The notes below the pieces were generated by a model that was not told the origin of the DNA, made no database searches, and saw nothing but the letters and a program-made list of their open reading frames with translations. Of a stretch of DNA of 64,000 nucleotides, positions 36,394 to 47,934 are shown one piece after another (the first letter of the stretch is position 1; the number at the start of each line of letters is the position of its first letter). The position numbers and the translations under genes were made by a program. The DNA comes from an uncultured Thermoleophilia bacterium (GTDB taxonomy: Bacteria; Actinomycetota; Thermoleophilia; UBA2241): positions 91,499 to 155,498 of the forward strand of contig CAWBNR010000010.1 of assembly GCA_963790185.1 (NCBI GenBank). Direction: 5' to 3'.

Positions 36394-37401
36394 TCAGAGC
36401 GCCTTCGAGCTTCTGCCGAAGCGCCATCTGCCGACGCCCGAGGGCAGGATCGTGACCGTGATCGTGCCGTTCTTCTGTGTCGTGTAGACGCGGGCGCCGG
36501 AAGTGCGCAGACGCCCCACCGTGTCGGGCGTGGGGTGGCCGTAGGAGTTCGGGCCCACCGAGATGACCGCGAACCGCGGCCGCGTATCGCCGAGGAACCC
36601 CGTGCACGTGGAGTAGCGCGAACCGTGATGTGCGACCTTGAGGAGGAAGAGCGGTGGGCCGCGCGCGCAGATCGAGCCGACGGCGGCCTCGTTCGGCCCG
36701 GTCAGGTCGCCGGTCAGGAGGATCCTGCGGCCGGCGACCTCGAGCAGAAGGACGAGGCTGTCCTCGTTGGCATCGCCGCTGATCGTCGCGGGGCTCAGGA
36801 CCTTCACCCTGAGAGCGCCCCAGCGAAAGGCGTCGCCGCGGCGAGCCTGTTTGAGCTTGCCTCCGGCGCCGCGGAGCGCGTCCTTGAGGGTAGACGAGCA
36901 CGCTCCGGCGAGCAGGAGCTTCTGCGGCCGGTAACGCTCGATGAGCTCGTCGGTCGCTCCGACGTGGTCCGCGTGCATGTGGGTCGCGACGACCACGCCG
37001 AGGTCGTCCATGCCGGCCCTGCGCATGGCCGCGGCGACGGCGGCGTCCGAACCCTCGGGGCCGCCGTCGACGAGGACGTCGGTCTTGCCCGAGGTGATGA
37101 GGATCGCATCGCCTTGGCCGACGTCGACGAAGACGATCTTGGTGACGGTCTTGCTGGCGGTCGCGGCGCCCGCGGCCGCCGTCGGAGTGGGCTTCGGCGA
37201 GGGAGCAGGGGCGGGGGTCGCCGGCGTGCCCGAGGGGGTGGGGGCGGCGGGCGGCGGCGCGGCAGCGCCGCCGCCCGCCGCCCCGTCGTCCACCGCGCTG
37301 CAGCCGGTCAGCCCGGCCACCGCGCAGAAGGCGACCAAGACGCAGAGGGCGAGCGACAACCAGAGCCTGTCGGTCCGCGGCTGCATCGCTCTCCTCGTCA
37401 T
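36394..37401 (-). CDS. Lipoprotein with a ComEC/Rec2-type metallo-beta-lactamase domain
   Basis: The lipobox is AGLTGC. The segments VFVDVGQGDAILITSGK, THMHADHVG, ILLTGDL and KVAHHGSRYS are present. Confidence 0.75.
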   Translation of the reverse strand: MTRRAMQPRTDRLWLSLALCVLVAFCAVAGLTGCSAVDDGAAGGGAAAPPPAAPTPSGTPATPAPAPSPKPTPTAAAGAATASKTVTKIVFVDVGQGDAILITSGKTDVLVDGGPEGSDAAVAAAMRRAGMDDLGVVVATHMHADHVGATDELIERYRPQKLLLAGACSSTLKDALRGAGGKLKQARRGDAFRWGALRVKVLSPATISGDANEDSLVLLLEVAGRRILLTGDLTGPNEAAVGSICARGPPLFLLKVAHHGSRYSTCTGFLGDTRPRFAVISVGPNSYGHPTPDTVGRLRTSGARVYTTQKNGTITVTILPSGVGRWRFGRSSKAL

Positions 37402-37580
37402 CACCCTACCGAATGGTGTCACCACGCCGTGTTTCGTCAACCTAGTCCTTTGCCAGGACGGATCCGCGCAGCGTCGTGCGGGGCTCGCGACGGCGACCGC
37501 TGGGTTCAAGCTCTCGCGGCTGCGTGACGAACAAGACCGTAGGATATGCGGGTCTTGCGCGGACGACCTTGGGGGAATGC

Positions 37581-38403
37581 GTGCCGATCAAACCACTGGC
37601 CGGGCTCACTCGGCCGCTCCGCGTGCTGCTGATCGCCTGCGTCGCCGTCTCCGCGCTCGCGGTGGCGGCCGACCTCTACAGCTACGCCGAGTACTCGGCG
37701 CTGCCCGCGAACGCAGTGATCGCGGACCAGTTCCTCGCCTCCGATGCCGTGCGCGGCCTCGTGGCGTTCCTCCAATTCGGGCTGCTCGTCGCGTGCACCG
37801 TCGTGTTCCTGATGTGGGCGTACAGGGCCAACAAGAACCTGCGCGCTCTCGCGGGTGTCGCGATGCGCTTCACGCCCGGCTGGACCGTGTGGTGGTTCTT
37901 CATCCCGATCGCCTCCCTGTTCAAGCCGTATCAGGCGGTCAAGGAGATCTGGCATGTCAGTCATGGGACGACCGACGACGGGCACGCCGCGGTCAAATGG
38001 TGGTGGTTCCTGTTCCTGCTGTCGAACCTGGTCGGCAGCGCGATCTTCCAGCTGTCCGCGGACGTGCAGGACACGGCGAGCTTCCTCGTCTCGACGGGCG
38101 CCTACGCGGTGGCGGACACGATCGACGTGCTGGGGTACGCGGTGACGCTGATCATGGTGCTGCGGGTCGCGGTCGCCTACGCGGCGCGCATCGACGAGAC
38201 GGCGGCCGTGGTGGCGTGGGCGGGGCGGCGTCGTCGTAGCGGCGCCCAGCGCCGCCGGGGCGTGGACGGCGGCCGGGACGGCGCTTCCGCCGGCCGCCTG
38301 GCACCCGGATCCAGCCCGCCGACATCAGCTGCGCTGGTGGGACGGCGCGGAGTGGAGCAGATTCGTCGCCGACGCGGGGGTGTCGTCCGAAGACCCGCTC
38401 TGA
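37581..38403 (+). pseudogene. DUF4328 membrane protein with a C-terminal DUF2510-like WWDG motif, with a frame disruption near 38230-38290
   Basis: One frame gives FLMWAYRANKNLRAL...FTPGWTVWWFFIPIASLFKPYQAVKEIW. Another frame gives WHPDPARRHQLRWWDGAEWSRF, ending at TGA 38401-38403. Confidence 0.6.
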
Positions 38404-38413
38404 CGCCCGGTGC

Positions 38414-38419
38414 TATACT
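38414..38419 (+). promoter_or_regulatory. -10 box TATACT 9 nt upstream of the dxs ATG (leaderless-type)
   Basis: Read directly. It has the same geometry as 18982-18987. Confidence 0.4.
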
Positions 38420-38428
38420 CGCCGCACG

Positions 38429-40394
38429 ATGCAGTATCTCTCCCGGATCGCCTCCCCGGCCGATCTCAGGCAGCTCTCCGAACCCGAACTCGAGCTTCTC
38501 TGCCACGAGATCCGCCAGCACATTCTCGAGTGTGTGAGCGAGACCGGCGGCCACCTCGCCGCCAGCCTCGGCACCGTCGAGTTGACCGTCGCCCTGCACA
38601 GCATGATGGACAGCCCGCGTGACAAGATCGTCTGGGACGTGGGCCACCAGTGCTACGCCCACAAGATCCTGACGGGGCGCCGCGACGTCTTCGAGACGAT
38701 CCGCCAGGAGGGCGGGCTCTCCGGGTTCCCGTGCCGCTTCGAGTCGGAGCACGATGTGACCGGCACGGGGCACGCTTCGACGTCGGTGAGCTACGGGCTT
38801 GGGCTTGTCGAGGCCGCGCGACTCGCAGGTGAAGCGCGCGGCCGGGTCTGCTGCGTCATCGGCGACGGCGCTCTCACCGGCGGCACCGCCTTCGAGGCTC
38901 TGAACAACGCCGGCCACCTGCGTTCGCCGCTGGTGGTCCTCCTCAACGACAACCAGATGTCGATCAAGCCCAACGTGGGCGCGCTGCAGCTCTATCTCAA
39001 TCGTCTCCGCCTCGACCCGACCCTCACCCGCCTGCGCGAGGATCTCGAGCACATCCTGCAGCGTGTCCCGGCCATCGGCGAGCGCGCCTACGCCCTCGGC
39101 AAGGATGTCAAGGAGTCGATGAAGGCCCTGATCCTGCCGGGGATGCTCTTCGAGGAGCTCGGTCTCGCGTACCTCGGTGTGATCGACGGCCACGACCTCA
39201 AGGCGCTGCGCGAGGCGCTGCGCCAAGCCTTCGAGACCGAGCGTCCGGTCGTCGTGCACGCGCGCACCGTCAAGGGCAAGGGATACGAGCCGGCCGAGGC
39301 GAGTCCCGACAAGTACCACGGGACGGGACCGTTCTTCATCGGCAACGGCGAGCGCAAGGAGCAGGGCGGAACGGCGAGCCGGGCGACGTACACGCAGGCG
39401 TTCGGCGAGGCCGTCGTGAGGCTCGCCGAGGAGGACCTGCGCATCGTCGCCATCACCGCCGCCATGACGCAGGGGACCGGTCTGGACGCCTTCGAGGAGC
39501 GCTTCCCCGAGCGCTTCTACGACGTCGGCATCGCCGAGGAGCACGCCGCGGTCTTTGCGGCGGGCCTCGCTCTCGGCGGCCTGAGGCCCGATCGTCGCCA
39601 TCTACTCGACCTTCCTGCAGCGCGCCTTCGACATGATGATCCAGGACGTGAGCCTGCAGCAGGTGCCCGTCGTCTTCGCCGTCGACCGCGCCGGGCTCGT
39701 CGGCGACGACGGTCCCACGCACCACGGCGCCTTCGATCTCTCGTACCTGCGGATGATCCCCGGGATGACCGTGATGGCGCCGGCCTCGCAGCTCGAACTG
39801 CAGCACATGCTCGCGACGGCGCTGACCCTCGACGGGCCGGCGGCGCTGCGCTACCCGCGCGGCATGGCCGCGCCGTTCGAGCGGCCCGAGGCCCTCGAGA
39901 TCCTCGAGATCGGCAAGGCCGAGGTGCTGGCCGAGGGCGCCGACGTGGCGCTCGTGGGCATCGGCACCGGCGTCGGCATCGCCGTCGAGGCCGCCCGGTT
40001 GCTGCGCGAGCGCGCAGTCGCCCCGACTGTCGTCAACGCACGCTTCGTCAAGCCGCTCGACCGCGAGCTCCTGGGTCGGCTGACGGCGACACACCGCCTG
40101 CTCGTGACCGTCGAGGAGAACGCCCTCGCCGGCGGCTTCGGCAGCGCCGTCCTCGAGGAGGTCGCCGCGAGCGGCGTCGAGGTCCTGCGCTTCGGCCTGC
40201 CCGACGCCTTCGTCCCGCACGGCGACCGCGCGAGCCTGCTGGCGCACGTCGGCCTCACTTGCGAGGCCGTCGTGGCGGCCGTCGTCGAGGCCTCGGCGGC
40301 CGGCGCGAGCAAGACCGCCCGCAAGCCGCGCGGCAACGGTCGCAAGGCCGCCGGCACCGCATTTGAGGGCGACCCGACGAAGCTCGCGCGCTGA
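38429..40394 (+). pseudogene. dxs: 1-deoxy-D-xylulose-5-phosphate synthase with one +1 shift near 39590-39600
   Basis: The sequence MQYLSRIASPADLRQLS...GGHLAASLGTVELTVALH runs to ...AAGLALGGLRP, then continues in the next frame with IVAIYSTFLQRAFDMMIQDV...DRAGLVGDDGPTHHGAFD. Confidence 0.9.
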
Positions 40395-40398
40395 GGCC

Positions 40399-41245
40399 GT
40401 GCGCGAGCGGCTCGACACGCTGCTCGTCGCGCGCGGCCTCTTCGACTCCCGGGCCCGCGCCCGCGCCGCCGTGCTCGCCGGCGAGGTCAGAGTCGACGAC
40501 GTCGTCGTCGACAAGGCCGGTACGCCGATCGCCGCCGGAGCGGAGCTCACGGTCGCCGCGCGACGGCGCTACGTCTCGCGCGGCGGCGACAAGCTCGACC
40601 ACGCCATGACCGTGTTCGAAGTCGACGTCGAGGGCCAGGATGCGATCGACCTCGGCAGCTCGACCGGCGGGTTCGTCGAGCGGCTGCTCGAAGGAAAAGC
40701 CGCTCGGGTCGTGGCCGTCGATGTCGGCTACGGTCAGCTTGACTGGGGCCTCCGCCAGGACTCGCGCGTCACCGTGATGGAGCGCACTAATGCCCGCGAA
40801 CTCACGGCGGATCGTCTCCCGTTCCGGCCCTCCTTCGTGACCGCCGATGTGTCCTTCATCTCGCTGACGGTCGCGCTCAGGCCCGTGCTAGAATGCCTGC
40901 GCTCCGGCTACCGAGGGCTCGTGCTCGTCAAACCGCAGTTCGAGGCCGGCCGTGACCATGTCGGCAAGGGGGGCGTCGTGCGCGACCAGGCCGTGCACGT
41001 TGAAGTGCTCGCGCGCGTCGGCGCTTGGCTCGAGGAGCGCGGCGCCGCGGTGCTCGGCATGACCGACTCTGCTCACCCCGGACCGAAGGGCAACGTTGAG
41101 TACTTCGTCTACTTCTCCGACGGCTGCGCTCCAGGGGATCGCGTGAGCCCCGCCGATGCCGCCCGGCGCGCGGTCGACACAGTCCACCGCGCGCAGCCGG
41201 CGGCGGCGCGCCGAAGGCTGCCGACCCGGAGCCCACCGATGCCTG
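40399..41245 (+). CDS. tlyA: TlyA-family rRNA 2'-O-methyltransferase. The 3' end is unresolved because no in-frame stop occurs before nadK.
   Basis: The S4-like N-terminus is RLDTLLVARGLFDSRARARAAVLAGEVRV. The segments YVSRGGDKL and AIDLGSSTGGFVERLL are present. Confidence 0.75.
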
Positions 41246-42110
41246 AGCCCCTGCGCCGCGTCGCCGTGGCCACCCACTTGGCCGACGCGCCCACGAACGC
41301 CGCGCTGGCGGAGCTCGTGCAGCTCGCGGCAGGGCTCGATCTCGAGCTCTTCATGACCGCCGACGAGGTCGCCAAGCACCCACGTCAGGCCAAGCTCGGC
41401 TACCGGCGCGCCTCCGACGACGAGCTTGCGCGCGGTCGATCTCGCCCTGGTCTTCGGCGGCGACGGCACGATTCTGCGCTCGCTGGGCCGGCCTCATGGG
41501 CAGCGGTGTTCCCACCCTGGGCGTCAACTTCGGGCACGTGGGCTTTCTCGCGAGCCTTCCGCTGGAGGGCTGGCAGGAGGGCCTCGCTCAGATCCTTCGC
41601 GGCGACTATCGCATCGCCGAGCTCCTGACCGTCGCCGCCGAGATCAACGGCGAGCGCTTCTGCGGGGTCAACGACGTCGTGCTCTCGCGGGTCGCGCCGC
41701 GGCACGTGCTGCACCTCGAGTACGAGGTGTCGGGGGTGACCATCGGGCGCATGCTCTGCGACGGGCTCATCGCTGCCTCGCCGAGCGGCTCGACCGCCTA
41801 CAACCTCTCGTGCGACGGGCCGGTGGTCGTGTGGGACGCCAACGTGCTCGTCCTCAACTTCATCGCGCCGCACTCGCTCGGCTTCAGGCCGATCGTGCTG
41901 CGGCCCGACCACGAGATCATCGCGCGCAACGTCTCCTACGCCCAGGAGGCCGAGATCATGGTCGACGGCTCCTCGGTCGGTCGCATGCGCGGCGGCGACG
42001 AGGTGCGCATCCGTGCCGGCGAACGCCGCGCCCGGCTCATGCAGCGCAGCGCGGGCTCGTTCTACCAGAACGTCGAGGAGAAGCTCTTCGACCGCAAGCA
42101 TGCTCGCTGA
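41239..42110 (+). pseudogene. nadK: NAD kinase with two +1 shifts (about 41430 and 41490)
   Basis: The fragments are VDLALVFGGDGTILRSL, TLGVNFGHVGFLAS, NDVVLSR and STAYNLS. Confidence 0.8.
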
Positions 42111-43761
42111 GCTGCAGATAGACGATCTCGTGCTGATCGAGGCCGCCCGCCTCGAGCTCTCGCCGGGCCTCAACGTCATCACCGGCGAGACCGGCGCCGG
42201 CAAGTCGCTGCTCGCTCAGGCGATCGGTCTGCTCATGGGCCAGAAGGGCGGGGAGGACATGATCCGCCCCGGCGCCGAGCGCGCGCTGGTACAGGCGCTG
42301 TTCGAGCCGGCCGACGGTGGCGAGGAGACCCTGGCGGTGGCGCGCGAGCTGCCGCGAGGCGCGCGCGCGCGTGCCCGCATGAACGGTCTCCTCAGTTCGG
42401 CCGGCGCCATCGAGGAGGCGCTCCACGAGCGCCTTGCGTTCTACGGGCAGCTCGAGCACACGCGCCTGCTGCAGCTCGAGCGTCAGCTCGACCTGCTCGA
42501 CGGCTACGCCCCGGCCGAGCTCGGCCCGCTCGCCCACGACTATGGTGAGGCGTATCGCAGGGCGCAGGCGCTCGTGCGCGAGCTCGACGAGCTGCGCTCC
42601 GCGGGTCGCGAGCGCGAGCGTGAGATCGACATGCTGCGCTTCCAGGTCGACGAGATCGACGCGGCGCAGCTCGAGCCCGGCGAAGACGAGCGCCTCGCCG
42701 CCGAGCGCGAGCGTTTGCGGCACGCGGGCAAGCTGCTCGAGCGCGTGGGCGGCGCCCTCGCCCTGCTCGCAGGGGAGGGCGAGCACGCCGCCCTCGACGC
42801 GCTGCGTGTCGCCCAGCGGCTCGTCGGTGAGGCGGCCGTGCTCGATGAGAGCTTGGCCAAGTCGGCGGCGCGCCTCGACGGGCTTGCCGCCGAGGTCGAC
42901 GACACGGTCGCGGGGTTGCGCGGCTACCTCGACGAGCTCGACGTCGAGCCCGCCCACCGCGACGCGCTGGAGACGCGCTACGATCGGGTGCGCGCCCTGC
43001 AGCGCAAGTACGGCGCCTCGGTCGATGAGGTGCTGAGCTACGTCGACGAGGCCCGTGAGCGGCTCGCCCGCCTCGAGCAGTACGAGGCCGACGCCGAGGC
43101 GTTGACGGGCGCCGCCGAGGAGGCCCGTGCGGCCGCCATCGCGGCCGCCGGCCGCCTGACGGCCGCACGGGCCGCCGTGGCGCCGGTGTTCGCCGGCCGC
43201 GTCGAGGAGGAGCTCCACCAGCTCGCGATGCCGCACGGGCGCTTCGAGGCGCGCGTGTCGCCGCGCGGGGAGGGCTGGGAGGCTCTGGGCTCTCGCGGCG
43301 CCGACGAGGTCGAGTTCGTCTTCAGCGCCAACCCCGGCCTGCCGCTGCGGCCGCTGCGCGACACGGCCTCGGGCGGCGAGCTCTCCCGTGTCATGCTCAC
43401 GATCCGCGGCATGGTCACGCTCGGCGACGACGTCGAGACGCTGATCTTCGACGAGGTCGACGCCGGCATCGGCGGGGTCACGGCGGTGGCGCTCGGCGAG
43501 CGGCTGGCGCGGCTCGCCGAGCGCCGCCAGATCGTCTGCATCACCCACTTGCCGCAGGTCGCCGCCTGCGCCGCCCGCCAGTACGCGATCGTCAAGGTCA
43601 GCGACGCGAAGGCCGCGACGACGCGCACCGAGGTGCGTATGGTCGAAGGGGAGGATCGCCTCGCCGAGCTCTGCCGCATGCTCGGCGCCGCACCCGACGA
43701 CGCCGCCGCCCGCCGGCACGCCCAGGGGCTGCTGAAGCGGGCGAAGACGTCGGCACGCTGA
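42100..43761 (+). CDS. recN: DNA repair protein RecN
   Basis: The N-terminus is MLAELQIDDLVLIEAARLELSPGLNVITGETGAGKSLL. The C-terminal signature ASGGELSRVMLTI and the Walker B segment LIFDEVDAGIGG are present. Confidence 0.9.
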   Translation: MLAELQIDDLVLIEAARLELSPGLNVITGETGAGKSLLAQAIGLLMGQKGGEDMIRPGAERALVQALFEPADGGEETLAVARELPRGARARARMNGLLSSAGAIEEALHERLAFYGQLEHTRLLQLERQLDLLDGYAPAELGPLAHDYGEAYRRAQALVRELDELRSAGREREREIDMLRFQVDEIDAAQLEPGEDERLAAERERLRHAGKLLERVGGALALLAGEGEHAALDALRVAQRLVGEAAVLDESLAKSAARLDGLAAEVDDTVAGLRGYLDELDVEPAHRDALETRYDRVRALQRKYGASVDEVLSYVDEARERLARLEQYEADAEALTGAAEEARAAAIAAAGRLTAARAAVAPVFAGRVEEELHQLAMPHGRFEARVSPRGEGWEALGSRGADEVEFVFSANPGLPLRPLRDTASGGELSRVMLTIRGMVTLGDDVETLIFDEVDAGIGGVTAVALGERLARLAERRQIVCITHLPQVAACAARQYAIVKVSDAKAATTRTEVRMVEGEDRLAELCRMLGAAPDDAAARRHAQGLLKRAKTSAR

Positions 43762-44178
43762 CGCTGCGCGTGACGCCGCCCGCGAGGGCGCCGGGCGGCT
43801 CCGTGCCACGCAGTCATCGAAAGCGCGAACGTCACCCCGCCAGACCGCAGGATCGGTCGTCCGACGGCCCCGCTGTCGCGCGTTCCGTCGTCGAGCGGCC
43901 GATTTCTGACGCCCGAGCCGCATGAGAGTCGGCGTCATGATGCCGGCGCCACGCCACCGGTAGCGACCCCGCGGCGCCGATCGACGCCCGGCCGACGACG
44001 GCCGCTTTGTCGGGGGGTCCCTCGTCGATATATACTTGGGGCCGTGATCCGTGGCCCAGCCGGTCAGAGCCTCGCGCCGGCCCGTTCGAGACGTACGGGC
44101 TCGCGACCGGCCCCACAAATCCCGTGCAGCACAGGGCTCGCCCCGGCGTGGGCGTCGGCGTGCCCGGGGACGGCCTGA

Positions 44179-45844
<1,666 letters not shown>

Positions 45845-45848
<4 letters not shown>

Positions 45849-46975
45849 GTGCGCGGGCGACGACCGACGAGCTGCTCGCGCGCTTCCTCGAGCTCGTCGC
45901 CGTGCCGTCGCCGTCGGGCTGCGAGCGCGCGATCTCCGACCTGATCCAGGAGAGGCTGAAGGCGGCGGGGCTGAGCGTGAGCGAAGACCAGTCCGCCGCC
46001 CAGACGGGGCTCGCGAGCGGTAACCTGGTCGCCACCGTGAGGGGCACGGGTGGCGGTGTCCCCATCGCCTTCTCCGCCCACATGGACACGGTGCCGATCG
46101 AGCGGGCGCCGACGGTCGTCGTCGAGAACGGCGTCGTCGCCACCGACGGCGAGACGATCCTCGGCGCGGACGACAAAGCCGCCGTGGCCGTCCTGCTGCA
46201 GCTCGCCGAGGACCTGGCCGCCGAACCGCCGGCCGGCGACGTGACCTTCGTGATCTCCGCCGGCGAGGAGATCGGCCTCAAGGGCGCCTCCGCTCTCGAC
46301 GTCGCTTCCGTCCCCGCCGCGGCCTGCTTCGTGTTCGACAGCGAGGGGCCGGTCGGTACGCTCATCATGTCCGCGCCGACCCTGAAACGCCTTACCGTCG
46401 GCTTCACGGGACGCAGCGCGCACGCCGGCATCGAGCCCGAGAAGGGCCGCAGCGCCGTCGTCGCCGCGTCGCGCGCCGTCGCCGCCATGCGGCTCGGGCG
46501 CATCGACGCCCAGACGACCGCCAACGTCGGCCTCATCGAGGGCGGCTCGGCGGCCAACATCGTGCCGGAGCGCTGCGTCGTCACCGCCGAGGCCCGCGGC
46601 CGCGACGAAGTGAGCCTCTCCGCACAGGTCGGCCACATGGTCGAGGCCTGCAACCTGGCGGCTGCCGAGACGGACGTCGATGTGACGGTCACCATCGACG
46701 AGGATTTCCACGGGTACGTCCACGACGACGAGAGCCTGCCGGTGCGGCTCGCCCTCAGGGCCTTCGCCGAGTGCGGCTTCGAGCCGCTTCGCATCGGCGG
46801 CGGGGGCGGCTCCGACGCCAACGTGTTCAACCTGCGCGGCCTGCCGGCCGTGACCCTCGGCCTCGGCTTCGAAGACCTCCACTCGCCGCACGAGCGGCTT
46901 GCCGTGGCGCGTCTTACGGATGTCTATCGCGTCGCTCACGCGCTCGTGCACGTGGCCTCCGGCGCGACGTTCTGA
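45845..46975 (+). CDS. M20/M42-family metallopeptidase (PepT-like)
   Basis: There is an ATGA overlap with the pyrG stop. The segments AFSAHMDTVP, GADDKAAVAVLL and ISAGEEIGLKGA are present. Confidence 0.75.
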
Positions 46976-46989
46976 GCGCAGAGGCCCAG

Positions 46990-47934
46990 ATGGGCGAGAC
47001 CAGACGCGTCGATGCGCTGGACCGCGACGCACAGGACTTCCTCGACTATCTTGCCTTCGAGCGCGGCGTCAGCCCCAACACGGTCGCCGCCTACCGGCGC
47101 GACCTCGGGCGGTTCCTCGCGTACCTACACGAGCGCGGCCCGAGCGCGCGTACGGCCGACGAAGACGACCTGGAGGCCTACTTCGTCGGCCCGGGCAGCG
47201 CCGGGGCGAGCGCGACCGTCGCCCGGCGCCTGGCGGCCGTTCGCGGACTGTACGGCTATCTCGTCCGCGAGGGGGTGCTCGAGCGGGACCCGACCGAACG
47301 CGTGCGGACGCCCAAGCGTCGCCAGGACCTGCCGCGCGTCCTCTCCGTCGAGGAGGTCGAACGCGTGCTCGCGCGGATCGTGCCGACCGGGCCGCTCGGC
47401 CAGCGCGATCTCGCCGCCCTCGAGCTTCTCTACGGCTGCGGTCTGCGTGCCTCCGAGCTGGTCGGTCTGCGCGAGGGGGACGTCGACCTCGAGGGCGGTC
47501 TCGTGCGTTGCGTCGGCAAAGGCGACAAGGAGCGCGTCGTCCCGCTCGGCAAGGCGGCCGCCGATGCCGTGCGGCGCTACGTGCGCGACGGGCGCCGCAC
47601 GCTCGTGCGCGGCCGGCGGCGCGACCGGTTGCTGCTGAACGCGAGGGGAGCGCCTCTCACCAGGCAGGGCCTCGACTACGTCCTTCGCCGGGCACTGCGG
47701 CGCGCCGACCTCCTCGGCCGCGCCAGCGCCCACACCTTCCGCCACTCGTTCGCCACACACCTCCTCACGGCCGGCGCCGACCTGCGCAGCGTGCAGGAGA
47801 TGCTGGGGCACGCCTCGGTCGCGACGACGCAGATCTACACCCACGTGAGCGTCGAACACCTGCGTGAGGTCTTCCTCGAGACGCACCCGCGGGCGCGACG
47901 CGGTCGGGGCGCCGCCGACGAGGACTCACCATGA
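46990..47934 (+). CDS. xerD: Tyrosine recombinase XerD/XerC
   Basis: The segments FLDYLAFERGVSPNTVAAYRRDL, YGCGLRASELVGL, HTFRHSFATHLL and LGHASVATTQIYTHV are present. Confidence 0.85.
   Translation: MGETRRVDALDRDAQDFLDYLAFERGVSPNTVAAYRRDLGRFLAYLHERGPSARTADEDDLEAYFVGPGSAGASATVARRLAAVRGLYGYLVREGVLERDPTERVRTPKRRQDLPRVLSVEEVERVLARIVPTGPLGQRDLAALELLYGCGLRASELVGLREGDVDLEGGLVRCVGKGDKERVVPLGKAAADAVRRYVRDGRRTLVRGRRRDRLLLNARGAPLTRQGLDYVLRRALRRADLLGRASAHTFRHSFATHLLTAGADLRSVQEMLGHASVATTQIYTHVSVEHLREVFLETHPRARRGRGAADEDSP

Noticed and set aside
40363-41628. A 421-aa ORF considered as a genuine bifunctional TlyA-NadK protein.
   Set aside because: The NadK part immediately needs two further +1 corrections. 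The fusion most likely arises from the same error process. It is flagged as a low-interest finding rather than a feature.
46990-47934. The tyrosine recombinase considered as the integrase of the defence island or of the 4.36 kb repeat-flanked cassette.
   Set aside because: It sits 16 kb or more away in a conserved housekeeping context (pyrG...xerD-deoB-punA, as in Bacillus). It has XerD-type motifs. No recombinase or transposase lies within or at the edges of the island.
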